A stretch of 30,468 bases of DNA, taken from assembly GCA_041178685.1 (NCBI GenBank), contig JBEGUX010000177.1, positions 1-30,468 on the forward strand, read 5' to 3'. The translations under genes were made by a program, and so were the position numbers. Shown piece after piece: positions 8,427-16,756 of this stretch (position 1 is its first letter; each line of letters opens with the position of its first letter). Source of the stretch: Bacteroidota bacterium (GTDB taxonomy: Bacteria; Bacteroidota; Bacteroidia; AKYH767-A; 2013-40CM-41-45). The notes below the pieces were generated by a model that ran no database searches, was not told the DNA's origin, and saw only the letters and a list, made by a program, of their open reading frames with translations.

Positions 8427-9947
8427 ATGTTCGTCAAAGCCCTCCTACAATTTGCTTTTCGAGGCTCAAAAGGAATTCTTTCCCTTTTGGTGTTGGCTTT
8501 TATTTCATTCAACAGTAATGCGGCAGATACTGCCAACGTTTTACCAAAAGCAATTGCAAATGCTCAGCTTGATCCCCATAATCTTATTCCCTACCAGGAG
8601 CATGAGGTAAAAGCAGGTCTTCTTTATGATGCTGTCAATAAAAAAATAGTATGGCAGAAGAATATGGATATGCAATTGCCAATTGCTTCCCTCACCAAAA
8701 TGATGGTAGCCCTACTGGCTGTTGAGGATATCCGTGCGGGTAAATTCTTCTGGTCCGAAAATGTATGTTGGGTTCGTCAAACCGCAGTTGGCCGTCGATC
8801 AAAACGTCGCATCGTGCGAACAGATGTCAACTATACATTACTTGACGTCGTAAAAGCAACGATGATTGCTTCCAACAATGAGTGCGCAGAACAGCTTGCA
8901 CGTTTCATTGGTTGTGGCGATCTCGCTTCGACTATCGAGCGGATGAATGCTCGTGCCAAAGAGTTGGGGATGAATAATACCTATTACGGAAATCCGTCCG
9001 GACTTCCCGCATCTCATGCGTCAATGGATAACTCATCTACGCCTCTGGATCAGTTGATTCTTGGTCTTGAATTATTGAAACACGACGAGTTGCTTGAAAT
9101 CACCGGAATGGGCTATGCTGAAGTCAATAATGGTAAATCTTCAAGTGTTCTTCGCAACCATAATGGTCTTGCTATCCAACACACCGGCGAAGTCGATGGT
9201 TTGAAGACGGGCTATACTCGCCGTGCCGGTTTTTGTTTGGTTGGAACCTCATCAAAATGCGATCACCGATTGGTTAGTGTCGTTCTCGGCTGTCGCGGTC
9301 CTCAAATCCGTAACGATGTAGTTCGTACGATGTTTAATGCATATTATACTTCCATTGGATTGGATCCTATCGGAAACTTTTGTGGAGCTCCCGGCTACCG
9401 TATTACAGGCTCTGAAAATCAGGACTCATCTTTTACGATGGCCGGAGAATGGGTGACTATCCGAGAAAAGGTTCGAAAGACACATACTGTCCGTAGTGGT
9501 GAAAATCTCTCTCGACTTGCAGAACGTTATGATTGTTCTATGTCTCAGCTTCGCACATGGAATAAGGGAAAGATTCCTTCTTCCGATCAAATCAAGACTG
9601 GTCAGAAACTCTCGGTTTATACCACTACTACACGAAAAGTATGGATTGCTCGCCCTGCTAATGGCTCGGAAGAAGAAGAAGATAAACCGTTGTTGGTGAA
9701 CAGTACTATTGATGAGCAAGGCAATTTGATTGCTGCAAAGCCTGTCGAAAAGCCGGTAAAGCCATCTACTGCGGTAACTGTGCAGCCGAATTATTTATAC
9801 CACGTTGTTGCTCCCGGCGATACGCTTTATTCTATCGCCCGTAAATATGGTGATACAACGGTTGATCAGCTTAAAGATCTCAATGATATCCGCGATACTC
9901 GTACCCTAAAGCCCGGTATGAAGATCAAAGTTAAAGTAGAAGGCTAA
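8427..9947 (+). CDS. D-alanyl-D-alanine carboxypeptidase (peptidase S11) with two C-terminal LysM domains
   Basis: Signal peptide, ASLTK (SxxK), ASNNE (SxN), GLKTGYT (KTG). LysM-like segments HTVRSGENLSRLAERY (9483-9617) and YHVVAPGDTLYSIARKY (9798-9932). Confidence 0.9.
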   Translation: MFVKALLQFAFRGSKGILSLLVLAFISFNSNAADTANVLPKAIANAQLDPHNLIPYQEHEVKAGLLYDAVNKKIVWQKNMDMQLPIASLTKMMVALLAVEDIRAGKFFWSENVCWVRQTAVGRRSKRRIVRTDVNYTLLDVVKATMIASNNECAEQLARFIGCGDLASTIERMNARAKELGMNNTYYGNPSGLPASHASMDNSSTPLDQLILGLELLKHDELLEITGMGYAEVNNGKSSSVLRNHNGLAIQHTGEVDGLKTGYTRRAGFCLVGTSSKCDHRLVSVVLGCRGPQIRNDVVRTMFNAYYTSIGLDPIGNFCGAPGYRITGSENQDSSFTMAGEWVTIREKVRKTHTVRSGENLSRLAERYDCSMSQLRTWNKGKIPSSDQIKTGQKLSVYTTTTRKVWIARPANGSEEEEDKPLLVNSTIDEQGNLIAAKPVEKPVKPSTAVTVQPNYLYHVVAPGDTLYSIARKYGDTTVDQLKDLNDIRDTRTLKPGMKIKVKVEG

Positions 9948-9991
9948 GCTTACCTGACTTTTTTATAATTTTACGGGAAGAACTAATCCTG

Positions 9992-10558
9992 ATGAAAAAG
10001 TCTACTATTACTTTATTTTTCTTTCTGCTTGTTACGAGTATGGCTTTTGGCCAGAAAGGTACTCTTCCAGTCTCGGTGACGTTACCTGTCGATTCAATTA
10101 CCAAATTGATTACTTACGAAGGCGTTGTGGAGGTAAATGGAGTCGCAGCCGATGAGCTGTATCGTCGCATGCAGCAATGGTTTGGTTCTTTTTATAAAAA
10201 TCCTGGTGAAGTCATACGCGAAAATGATAGCATCAAATTTAAAATGATTGGAAAGCCACGCTTCCGTATTTCTAATCCGCCGGATAAGTCTGGATTAAAG
10301 ACCGATGCCGGTATTGTTCAATACACTATTCAGGTTGCTGCAAAAGAAGGGAGATTCCGTTATGAAATCACCGAATACAATTGGAAACAATTGTCGTACT
10401 ACCCTTGTGAGCGTTGGATGGATACTAAAGCACAATCATGGGTGCCTGCTTACAATGAATACATGCAGCAATTGGATAAGTATACGCGAGATCTTATCGC
10501 CAACCTTCACCAAGCATTATCGCATGCGAAGTCGGTTAAAGACCGTGACGACTGGTAG
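9992..10558 (+). CDS. Exported hypothetical protein, DUF4468-like
   Basis: Signal peptide (SMAFG/Q) and the pattern ADELYRRMQQWF...YTIQVAAKEGRFRYEIT, recalled as typical of Bacteroidota DUF4468. Confidence 0.65.
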   Translation: MKKSTITLFFFLLVTSMAFGQKGTLPVSVTLPVDSITKLITYEGVVEVNGVAADELYRRMQQWFGSFYKNPGEVIRENDSIKFKMIGKPRFRISNPPDKSGLKTDAGIVQYTIQVAAKEGRFRYEITEYNWKQLSYYPCERWMDTKAQSWVPAYNEYMQQLDKYTRDLIANLHQALSHAKSVKDRDDW

Positions 10559-10571
10559 AATTTAAGGTAAG

Positions 10572-11243
10572 TTATTTGTCGGATTTTTTATCCGACAATA
10601 ACGCTTCAGCAACGGCAAGGTCTTCCGGAAAAGTTATTTTAATATTCCAGCGTTCACCTTCCGTAAGATGCACAGCGATTCCGTTTTTTTCAAGCACAGT
10701 TGCATCGTCCGTGAAAGCCGGATCGTCTGATTTTGTAAAAGCAGTGGCAATATATTCCGATTTGAAACATTGGGGTGTTTGAACTAATAAAAAACGCGAA
10801 CGATCTTCCGCGTTGGATCCATTATCGGAATGGCTGCGTATGGATTCAGGTATAGATACGACAGGGATTGCGCTGCCAAATTCAAATGCATCGTTTAGGC
10901 ATCGGTCAATTAGCCCACGGGAAACCAAAGGACGTGCTCCGTCGTGTACGGCTACCACATCAGCAGATTTGACGGCTGCTAATCCATTTTTTACAGATAG
11001 ATACCGGGAGCTTCCACCGACAATTACAGTATGCGGAACTTGAAAATGGTATTGCTTCACCATTGAATGCCAAGTATCAATTTCCTGCTCAGGTAATACT
11101 ACGATACATTCATCAAGGTGACTGAATTTTTCAATGGTATGTATAAGGATTGGTTTTCCACCAACGCAAATAAATTGCTTAGGAATACCGGCTCCTATCC
11201 TCGTGCCGGTTCCGCCGGCAACAATAATTGCAGCACTTTTCAT
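10572..11243 (-). CDS. ispD: 2-C-methyl-D-erythritol 4-phosphate cytidylyltransferase (IspD/TarI family)
   Basis: AGGTGTRIG..PKQF, HDGARP, QTPQCF, TDDA, NIKITFPEDL. ATG at 11243 lies 1 nt after the upstream TGA. Confidence 0.88.
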   Translation of the reverse strand: MKSAAIIVAGGTGTRIGAGIPKQFICVGGKPILIHTIEKFSHLDECIVVLPEQEIDTWHSMVKQYHFQVPHTVIVGGSSRYLSVKNGLAAVKSADVVAVHDGARPLVSRGLIDRCLNDAFEFGSAIPVVSIPESIRSHSDNGSNAEDRSRFLLVQTPQCFKSEYIATAFTKSDDPAFTDDATVLEKNGIAVHLTEGERWNIKITFPEDLAVAEALLSDKKSDK

Positions 11244-11244
11244 A

Positions 11245-12177
11245 TCAATCAATCTTTTTGTTCCTGAAGGCAGCTAGTTGCTCCTTGTAATGCAATTTAA
11301 AATACGTGATGAATACCAGTATGAAAGCAAAGAGAATAGTAGTCAGTATGCTGCATCCAATCGCTGGCAGAAGCAGTGAATTCCCGTCTTGAAGCGCCTT
11401 TTGCTGTTGTACTATTGTTGGAGCATTAACATCACGCAATGCTTCAAGTATGAATAGCTGTTCGCGTAATAAGGCTGAATAATCATCGAGTGTACGTCCC
11501 AAGCGATTGACAGATTGTTGTAATTCGTTTTCAGCAGCATTTATTATAGTTGATTCGCGCTGAGGTAAACGAGCGAGTAAGGAGTCTAGACCGCGTTTTT
11601 GTAGTGTTAAACGGTCCGAAAGAATTTTATTTGTTTTTTCATAGACCGCTACTCGCTTACGTTGGATGATTTCCAGCTGCTTCCTGTTCAATTCATTAGC
11701 AAAAACAGCAATTTCATTCGCCATTTCAAACGCAACATAGCGGTACCGGTCGCTTACGGTGATGGAAATTGAGTTGTACGGAGTCTTTTTCGCTTCGATG
11801 CAAGATCGAAGCTTTCGTATCGCCTTCTCGTAATGAAATTCCTGATTTTCTTCTATCGAATAGTGATGATAAAGATTGAATTTCTTTATTAGATGATCAT
11901 ACATCTCCGACGAGTTTACCACTTGTAATACGCGGTTAAACTGATCTGATGGAAGGAGGAAATCAGGTAGTTGCTTTTCTGTATTTCTATTTTCTTGTTT
12001 TAATCCGTCAATTACAACTAAGGTTGTGGTAGAAGTATAGGATAATATAGTATAGCGAAAGAAAAAGACACCTGCGGTAAAAATGAAAATCAAAAGAAAG
12101 CTATACCGCCATTTTTTTTGGGATAGGGCAAGGAGCAATTCCCCTGAAGAAATTATTGGATTTGTATTCGGGTTCAT
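11245..12177 (-). CDS. Wzz/GumC-like polysaccharide co-polymerase (chain-length determinant-like)
   Basis: Two hydrophobic segments near the termini flank a periplasmic region with a coiled coil (ELNRKQLEIIQRK...ELQQSVNRL). The segment SSEMYDHLIKKFNLYHHY...SISITVSD...FEMANEIA resembles Bacteroidota Wzz-like proteins. Confidence 0.7.
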   Translation of the reverse strand: MNPNTNPIISSGELLLALSQKKWRYSFLLIFIFTAGVFFFRYTILSYTSTTTLVVIDGLKQENRNTEKQLPDFLLPSDQFNRVLQVVNSSEMYDHLIKKFNLYHHYSIEENQEFHYEKAIRKLRSCIEAKKTPYNSISITVSDRYRYVAFEMANEIAVFANELNRKQLEIIQRKRVAVYEKTNKILSDRLTLQKRGLDSLLARLPQRESTIINAAENELQQSVNRLGRTLDDYSALLREQLFILEALRDVNAPTIVQQQKALQDGNSLLLPAIGCSILTTILFAFILVFITYFKLHYKEQLAAFRNKKID

Positions 12178-12214
12178 GCTTTAATGGCAATAGATTTTTA
12201 TCAGGTAATGTTAG

Positions 12215-12222
12215 CAAAAATA
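12215..12222 (-). promoter_or_regulatory. -7 element (TATTTTTG) for the wzz-like/ispD unit
   Basis: Exact TAnnTTTG match 37 nt upstream of ATG 12177. Confidence 0.5.
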
Positions 12223-12266
12223 GCTGTAGAAATCCAGAAAATATTCAATACTATTGCCAATAATAA

Positions 12267-14267
12267 ATGGAATACCGGCAACAGTCATATGGAAAGCTTA
12301 CTGCTTTTTTAGTGGCAATGATTTTCATTGGTATTCCACTGTTCCGTCCTTCAGGGCTTGACGATGTGGCGGTACCTGCTCGCTACTTTCTGTTGGCACT
12401 AAGCATAGCCATGATTTCGGGTATTGTATTTTTTACTTTGCAAAATTCGGATACTGTTTTCAGATCTATAGTAAATTCTCGCTGGTGGCTTTGCTGGACT
12501 ATTCCGCTAATATGGTCCGGAATTACAATTTTTTATTCGTCTCTTATTTCAGAAGCGGTTTCTGCTTGGCTTCAACTTGCGTTGTACTGGAGTCTGCTGC
12601 CTTTTCTCGTGTTTCTGCTGATTAAGAACAAAGACAACTTATTCATGCTACCCCGAATAGCTGCAATATCTGGCGTCATTCATATGGGATTCTTTATATA
12701 TTCCGTTTTGGCAAACAGTAAAGAGCCTTCTTTAACAGCTTTTCTCAAAGTAGATTACCTGCATGGCGGACTAGCGGGAAATAAAAATTTCCTTTCAGAG
12801 ATCTTATTTCTCAACAGTCTTTTTCTGTTCTCTGGTTTTCGCGATACCAATAGTTCGTGGCGAACAATAGTTGTATTTGTTTTTATAGTATCAGCAGTTG
12901 TTCTTTTGCTACTGAAAACATTTGCGGTAGGGATTGCAATAGTATTGCTATTGGCGCTGTATTTATTGCAGTCGAAAAGAACAAGTCGAGCAATACAATT
13001 AAAATGGCTGATTTTTAGTGCTGTTATCATCTCAATATTCATTTATTATGCAAGAGATTATATTAATAATCGCTGGCAACAAGTTGAACAACAGCTTTGG
13101 TCACCAATAGATATTAGTGTAAGTGATACTTTAAATAGCACGAGTGCATTTGAGCGTAAGTTGATGTGGAGAAATAGTTGGGAATTGATAAAGGAGCAGC
13201 CGGTGTTTGGTGTGGGCTTGTCAGATTGGAAAATGGAACAAATGAAATTTGGGATAGGAGGTACGCCGTTTCTAAATTCCGGCTTGGTGCGCTTTGAGCA
13301 TCCGCACAATGAATTATTACTTGTTTTCGCCGAGCTGGGAATTCCCGGACTTCTTTTATTTCTGCTTTGCTTTGGGTACTTGTTATTTTCATTGAAGCCA
13401 TCAGCTGCAGAGTTTAGTTCTCAAATGACAGCAAGCCGGTTTGCTATAATTGGCATATTGGTCATTTCCATGTTTGCTTACCCGCTTCATAGTGTAATTT
13501 CAATGCCACTATTGATGATACATATGGCGATAGTTATTGCCGGTTCATCTGATCGACAATTAAATTTTTTGAGTATTTCTAACCGGAAAATAGTGGTTAT
13601 CACTTGTATGATTTCACTTTGCTCAATGTTGGTCTTTGCTAAGCGATGGAAAGGTGAGATTCATCGCTCTAATGCCATGATTGCCCAATTACGTAAAGAT
13701 CATTCACGTTCTCACCGCGAGGCGGAGAAGTCGCGAAACTATTGGTATAAGGTGGATCAAACAGGCACTCCTTTGAATTGGTATATCGCCGATTCTTACT
13801 TCAGAGAAGGAGATGTCCAAAACAGCTTACTTTATTTTGATCAAGCGTTAGCAGAAAACCCATACCATCTTCGTGTACTCAACGATTATGGAACGGCGTG
13901 TGAACAAACCGGAAAAACAGAAAAGGCTATAGTGTTGTATAAAACGGCTTTGAACTATTGTCCTGCATTTCTGGAAGTCCACTTTAACCTGGCAGCTGCG
14001 TACCATAATTCAGGTCAAAGTGATGATGCTGTCAAAGTATTGTACAGGATTCGCGACAAAAAACTGATCGATAAAAAGTCGCGAGGAAAATATTTACAAT
14101 ATACGCCGGTTATTATACGTGCTTACATCAATGCAAATAAGGCGAACAATTCATCGGCTAATGATGGAGTAGAATTGAATCCTCAGCTACTTGCAGATTC
14201 AATGTTGATTTTGAAGTTTGAAAATTCAAAATCGCCGGAAGCATTTCTTCAAGACCTCCATCGGTAG
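12267..14267 (+). CDS. O-antigen ligase/polymerase family (Wzy_C) membrane protein with C-terminal TPRs
   Basis: About 12 hydrophobic segments, ERKLMWRNSWELIKEQPVFGVG, HPHNELLLVFAELGIPG, and TPR-like helices (YFDQALAENPYHLRVLNDYG; YKTALNYCPAFLEVHFNLA). Confidence 0.85.
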   Translation: MEYRQQSYGKLTAFLVAMIFIGIPLFRPSGLDDVAVPARYFLLALSIAMISGIVFFTLQNSDTVFRSIVNSRWWLCWTIPLIWSGITIFYSSLISEAVSAWLQLALYWSLLPFLVFLLIKNKDNLFMLPRIAAISGVIHMGFFIYSVLANSKEPSLTAFLKVDYLHGGLAGNKNFLSEILFLNSLFLFSGFRDTNSSWRTIVVFVFIVSAVVLLLLKTFAVGIAIVLLLALYLLQSKRTSRAIQLKWLIFSAVIISIFIYYARDYINNRWQQVEQQLWSPIDISVSDTLNSTSAFERKLMWRNSWELIKEQPVFGVGLSDWKMEQMKFGIGGTPFLNSGLVRFEHPHNELLLVFAELGIPGLLLFLLCFGYLLFSLKPSAAEFSSQMTASRFAIIGILVISMFAYPLHSVISMPLLMIHMAIVIAGSSDRQLNFLSISNRKIVVITCMISLCSMLVFAKRWKGEIHRSNAMIAQLRKDHSRSHREAEKSRNYWYKVDQTGTPLNWYIADSYFREGDVQNSLLYFDQALAENPYHLRVLNDYGTACEQTGKTEKAIVLYKTALNYCPAFLEVHFNLAAAYHNSGQSDDAVKVLYRIRDKKLIDKKSRGKYLQYTPVIIRAYINANKANNSSANDGVELNPQLLADSMLILKFENSKSPEAFLQDLHR

Positions 14268-14277
14268 CGCAGTCTAC

Positions 14278-14688
14278 TTAATGACCGTGAACTTTTTCTA
14301 TGATCAGATGAACGGTAGTAGCGTAAATTAATGCAAAGGCAAACGATTTCACCAATATTTCGGCTACCCGCTTGCGATCTTTTCGGATGTGTTCAGGATT
14401 TTTTATTTCTTCAAGCTGTCCTAATTGCTTGAAGTTGGACAGATTGAAAAATCCGAAAAGAATACAGAACCTGTAACGGATTTCGAAGTAAAGTACAATG
14501 GTGCTAAATGAAAAAAAGAGCATTAGCGACCAAATGATGATGGAATGAGCCCACAAAATGGAGCCCGATGTAATTAAGACAGATGCAATTGTAAAAACGC
14601 GCAAGAATAGTTTACGCACGCGGATTTCCGGAACGCCAATGTTGCAGCTGCCGGGTTGGTAATGATTTTGTGCAGAATTCGGACACAT
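14278..14688 (-). CDS. Small hypothetical membrane protein (YQPGSCNIG..E..R motif)
   Basis: 136-aa ORF with 3 hydrophobic segments. It fills the gap between the ligase gene and the tRNA promoter and overlaps no other gene. Confidence 0.7.
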   Translation of the reverse strand: MCPNSAQNHYQPGSCNIGVPEIRVRKLFLRVFTIASVLITSGSILWAHSIIIWSLMLFFSFSTIVLYFEIRYRFCILFGFFNLSNFKQLGQLEEIKNPEHIRKDRKRVAEILVKSFAFALIYATTVHLIIEKVHGH

Positions 14689-14719
14689 AATGGATGTTAA
14701 ACAATTACTACTCGATATT

Positions 14720-14753
14720 GTTCAATTTTGCGCGAATTTGGTTCAATTTTGCG
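14720..14753. repeat. Perfect 13-bp direct repeat GTTCAATTTTGCG x2 with a 21-bp period; candidate regulator site
   Basis: Copies at 14720-14732 and 14741-14753 in the intergenic region. Confidence 0.7.
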
Positions 14754-14794
14754 ACAAATCAAGCTTTCTTCTGCCAAATTCGGCTGATTTTGGC

Positions 14795-14802
14795 TACCTT
14801 TG
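14795..14802 (+). promoter_or_regulatory. -7 element (TACCTTTG) for tRNA-Arg
   Basis: Exact TAnnTTTG match 87 nt upstream of the tRNA. Confidence 0.55.
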
Positions 14803-14889
14803 GTCGCATTTTTATTGGATCAATCAGCGTTTTCAGGTTCTGCTAAAGAACCCCAATTGTATTCTGAGTCAACCTTGAAAAGAATTTCT

Positions 14890-14961
14890 GCCCTTGTAGT
14901 TTAATGGATAAAACTAGCGTTTCCTAAACGCTCGATGGCAGTTCGATTCTGCCCGAGGGTA
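14890..14961 (+). tRNA. tRNA-Arg(CCT); CCA not encoded
   Basis: Cloverleaf folded by hand: acceptor GCCCTTG/CGAGGGT, D stem GTTT/AAAC with GG and A20 in the loop, anticodon stem AGCGT/ACGCT with loop TTCCTAA, T stem GGCAG/CTGCC with loop TTCGATT, discriminator A. Confidence 0.96.
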
Positions 14962-15028
14962 CGAATAATCAATATAAATTGATGTACATCCAACTTACTT
15001 GTATTTCACTTCTATTAGATAAACGATC

Positions 15029-15625
15029 ATGAGAAACCTGGTTTACACATTAGTTCTTTTGGTGTCAGGAACAATTCCTCGCGCTACTGCCGGAGGAAAT
15101 GACGCTATTCATTTTGTAGATCTTCGTGCCGGTGTTGGCGCGGTAACAGCACCTGCTGTTATGGAAAGTATTGGAACAGCTGTAGCAGAAGCCATCGTTG
15201 ATCCCGATTTTCAATCTGTCAATATTGATGGCGATATTGCCTACTCGGTTTCTGCACTTTTTCTACCGGAAAGCCGCTTTAGTGTTGGTGTGGATGTGGT
15301 TTTTGATCGAGCTACCTTACTCTACGAATTTGCTACCAAGCCGAATGAGTCTTATGCTACCGATTATCTCACGTTCCTCGCCCGACTTGATTTTAAGTAC
15401 CTCAAAAAAGGCCCTGTTAAAATATACTCCTCTCTTGGCGCCGGCTTTTGTTCGCGCAGTGTGGATCGAACACAGCCTATAGCCGATATCTCCGATAATA
15501 GTTTTGGCGGGGCAATACAGATCACACCAATTGGAGTACGCGTTGGAAATAATATTGCTGCTTGGGCAGAGATCGGTTTTGGCTTTCGCGGAATACTTTC
15601 TGGCGGAGTGGCTTTTAGATTGTAA
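15029..15625 (+). CDS. Predicted small outer-membrane beta-barrel protein
   Basis: Signal peptide, alternating beta-strand patterns (FSVGVDVVF, IYSSLGAG, AWAEIGFG), C-terminal GVAFRL. Confidence 0.65.
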   Translation: MRNLVYTLVLLVSGTIPRATAGGNDAIHFVDLRAGVGAVTAPAVMESIGTAVAEAIVDPDFQSVNIDGDIAYSVSALFLPESRFSVGVDVVFDRATLLYEFATKPNESYATDYLTFLARLDFKYLKKGPVKIYSSLGAGFCSRSVDRTQPIADISDNSFGGAIQITPIGVRVGNNIAAWAEIGFGFRGILSGGVAFRL

Positions 15626-15678
15626 CTATTATTCAGGAAAATTTATTTTTCTCTCAACGGTTATCTAATCCCTCCACA

Positions 15679-16077
15679 ATGGCTCAAGTAATTTCACGAA
15701 TAAGTTTGCTGGTAGCTGATCAGGATGAGGCAATTTCTTTTTTCGTCGACAAGCTCGGCTTTAAGCTATTGGAAGACACGCAAGTTTCCCCGACAAAGCG
15801 GTGGGTAGTAGTAGCGCCGCCGGGTTCTTCCGGCTGCGCTGTATTGTTATCAAAGGCTTCCGAGGAGCAACAAACTTTGCGTGTCGGTAACCAAACAGGC
15901 GGAAAAGTGCTTCTAGTACTTGAAACGGATTCGTTTGATAATGACCTGGAACGCCTACGGAAACATCAAATTACCATTGTTCGCGGTCCATCCTCGCAAG
16001 AATGGGGAAGAGTAGTCGTATTTGAAGACCTATATGGAAATCTTTGGGATATGGTGGAACGGGTTCCGGGCCAATAG
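15679..16077 (+). CDS. VOC (glyoxalase/bleomycin resistance) family protein
   Basis: ISLLVADQDEAISFFVDKLGF, RWVVVAPPG, EWGRVVVFEDLYGNLWDMVE. Confidence 0.9.
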   Translation: MAQVISRISLLVADQDEAISFFVDKLGFKLLEDTQVSPTKRWVVVAPPGSSGCAVLLSKASEEQQTLRVGNQTGGKVLLVLETDSFDNDLERLRKHQITIVRGPSSQEWGRVVVFEDLYGNLWDMVERVPGQ

Positions 16078-16161
16078 ATCAACTAACTAATCGATAATAA
16101 CCAATTGATTTATCCGCGAATATTTTTCTTCTTTCAGATATAGCTAGTTACTTGCTAAAGT

Positions 16162-16614
16162 TCAGTTCAACTTTAACCGCTCCAATTCTAGAACCTTAAC
16201 GATTGCATTGACGACATTCGTGAAAACGGTTTTATTGGATTTTAAAAAATAATCGGAAGCGCCGTTCCGAATTGTTTCAATAGCCGTTTCCACGTCATCT
16301 TGCCCAGATACCATAATTACAGTAGCGTAAGGATTTTTCAATTTGACAGCCTTCAAGATTGAAAGTCCGTTCAACGAACTGTTTTTGCCAAAGTCGTAGT
16401 CTAAAATGATAATACGCCTGTCGTCCTTCTGGTATTCGGAAAGAAATTGTTCGCCGTTTGAAAATAACTCAGCGTTAAAATCACATGCAGAAATCAAATA
16501 ATCTTTCAGCATGATACTGAACGATGGATCGTCATCTACAATAACAATTTGTGATGATTGGGAGATTTCTTCTAGGCCTTTTAGTTTAAGTTGCTCGGCA
16601 AATATAGAGTTCAT
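16162..16614 (-). CDS. Stand-alone receiver-domain response regulator
   Basis: IVIVDDD, phosphoacceptor ILDY, MVSG, GASDYFLK; no output domain. Confidence 0.9.
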   Translation of the reverse strand: MNSIFAEQLKLKGLEEISQSSQIVIVDDDPSFSIMLKDYLISACDFNAELFSNGEQFLSEYQKDDRRIIILDYDFGKNSSLNGLSILKAVKLKNPYATVIMVSGQDDVETAIETIRNGASDYFLKSNKTVFTNVVNAIVKVLELERLKLN

Positions 16615-16756
16615 CGTTTTAACGTATTTTCTAAAGCGAAATTACTGCAATATTTGAAAACAATAAATCTGACAACCTCTACTTCTCAAACGTAAATTGT
16701 TCGTTCTTGTATTAAAAAAGGGAAGTCGCTAATCAGATGTTATATATTTTAGCAGA

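Noticed and set aside
14690-14878. 62-aa ORF upstream of the tRNA
   Set aside because: It overlaps the direct repeat and tRNA promoter, has no recognisable protein features, and its VQFC duplication just reflects the DNA repeat.
14890-14961. Active integrative element at tRNA-Arg
   Set aside because: No integrase, no att duplication of the tRNA 3' end found by eye, and no mobility genes.
16615-16756. Moco riboswitch upstream of the operon
   Set aside because: The region is AT-rich and I could not fold the multi-stem structure expected of the Moco RNA motif. An Rfam covariance search would be decisive.
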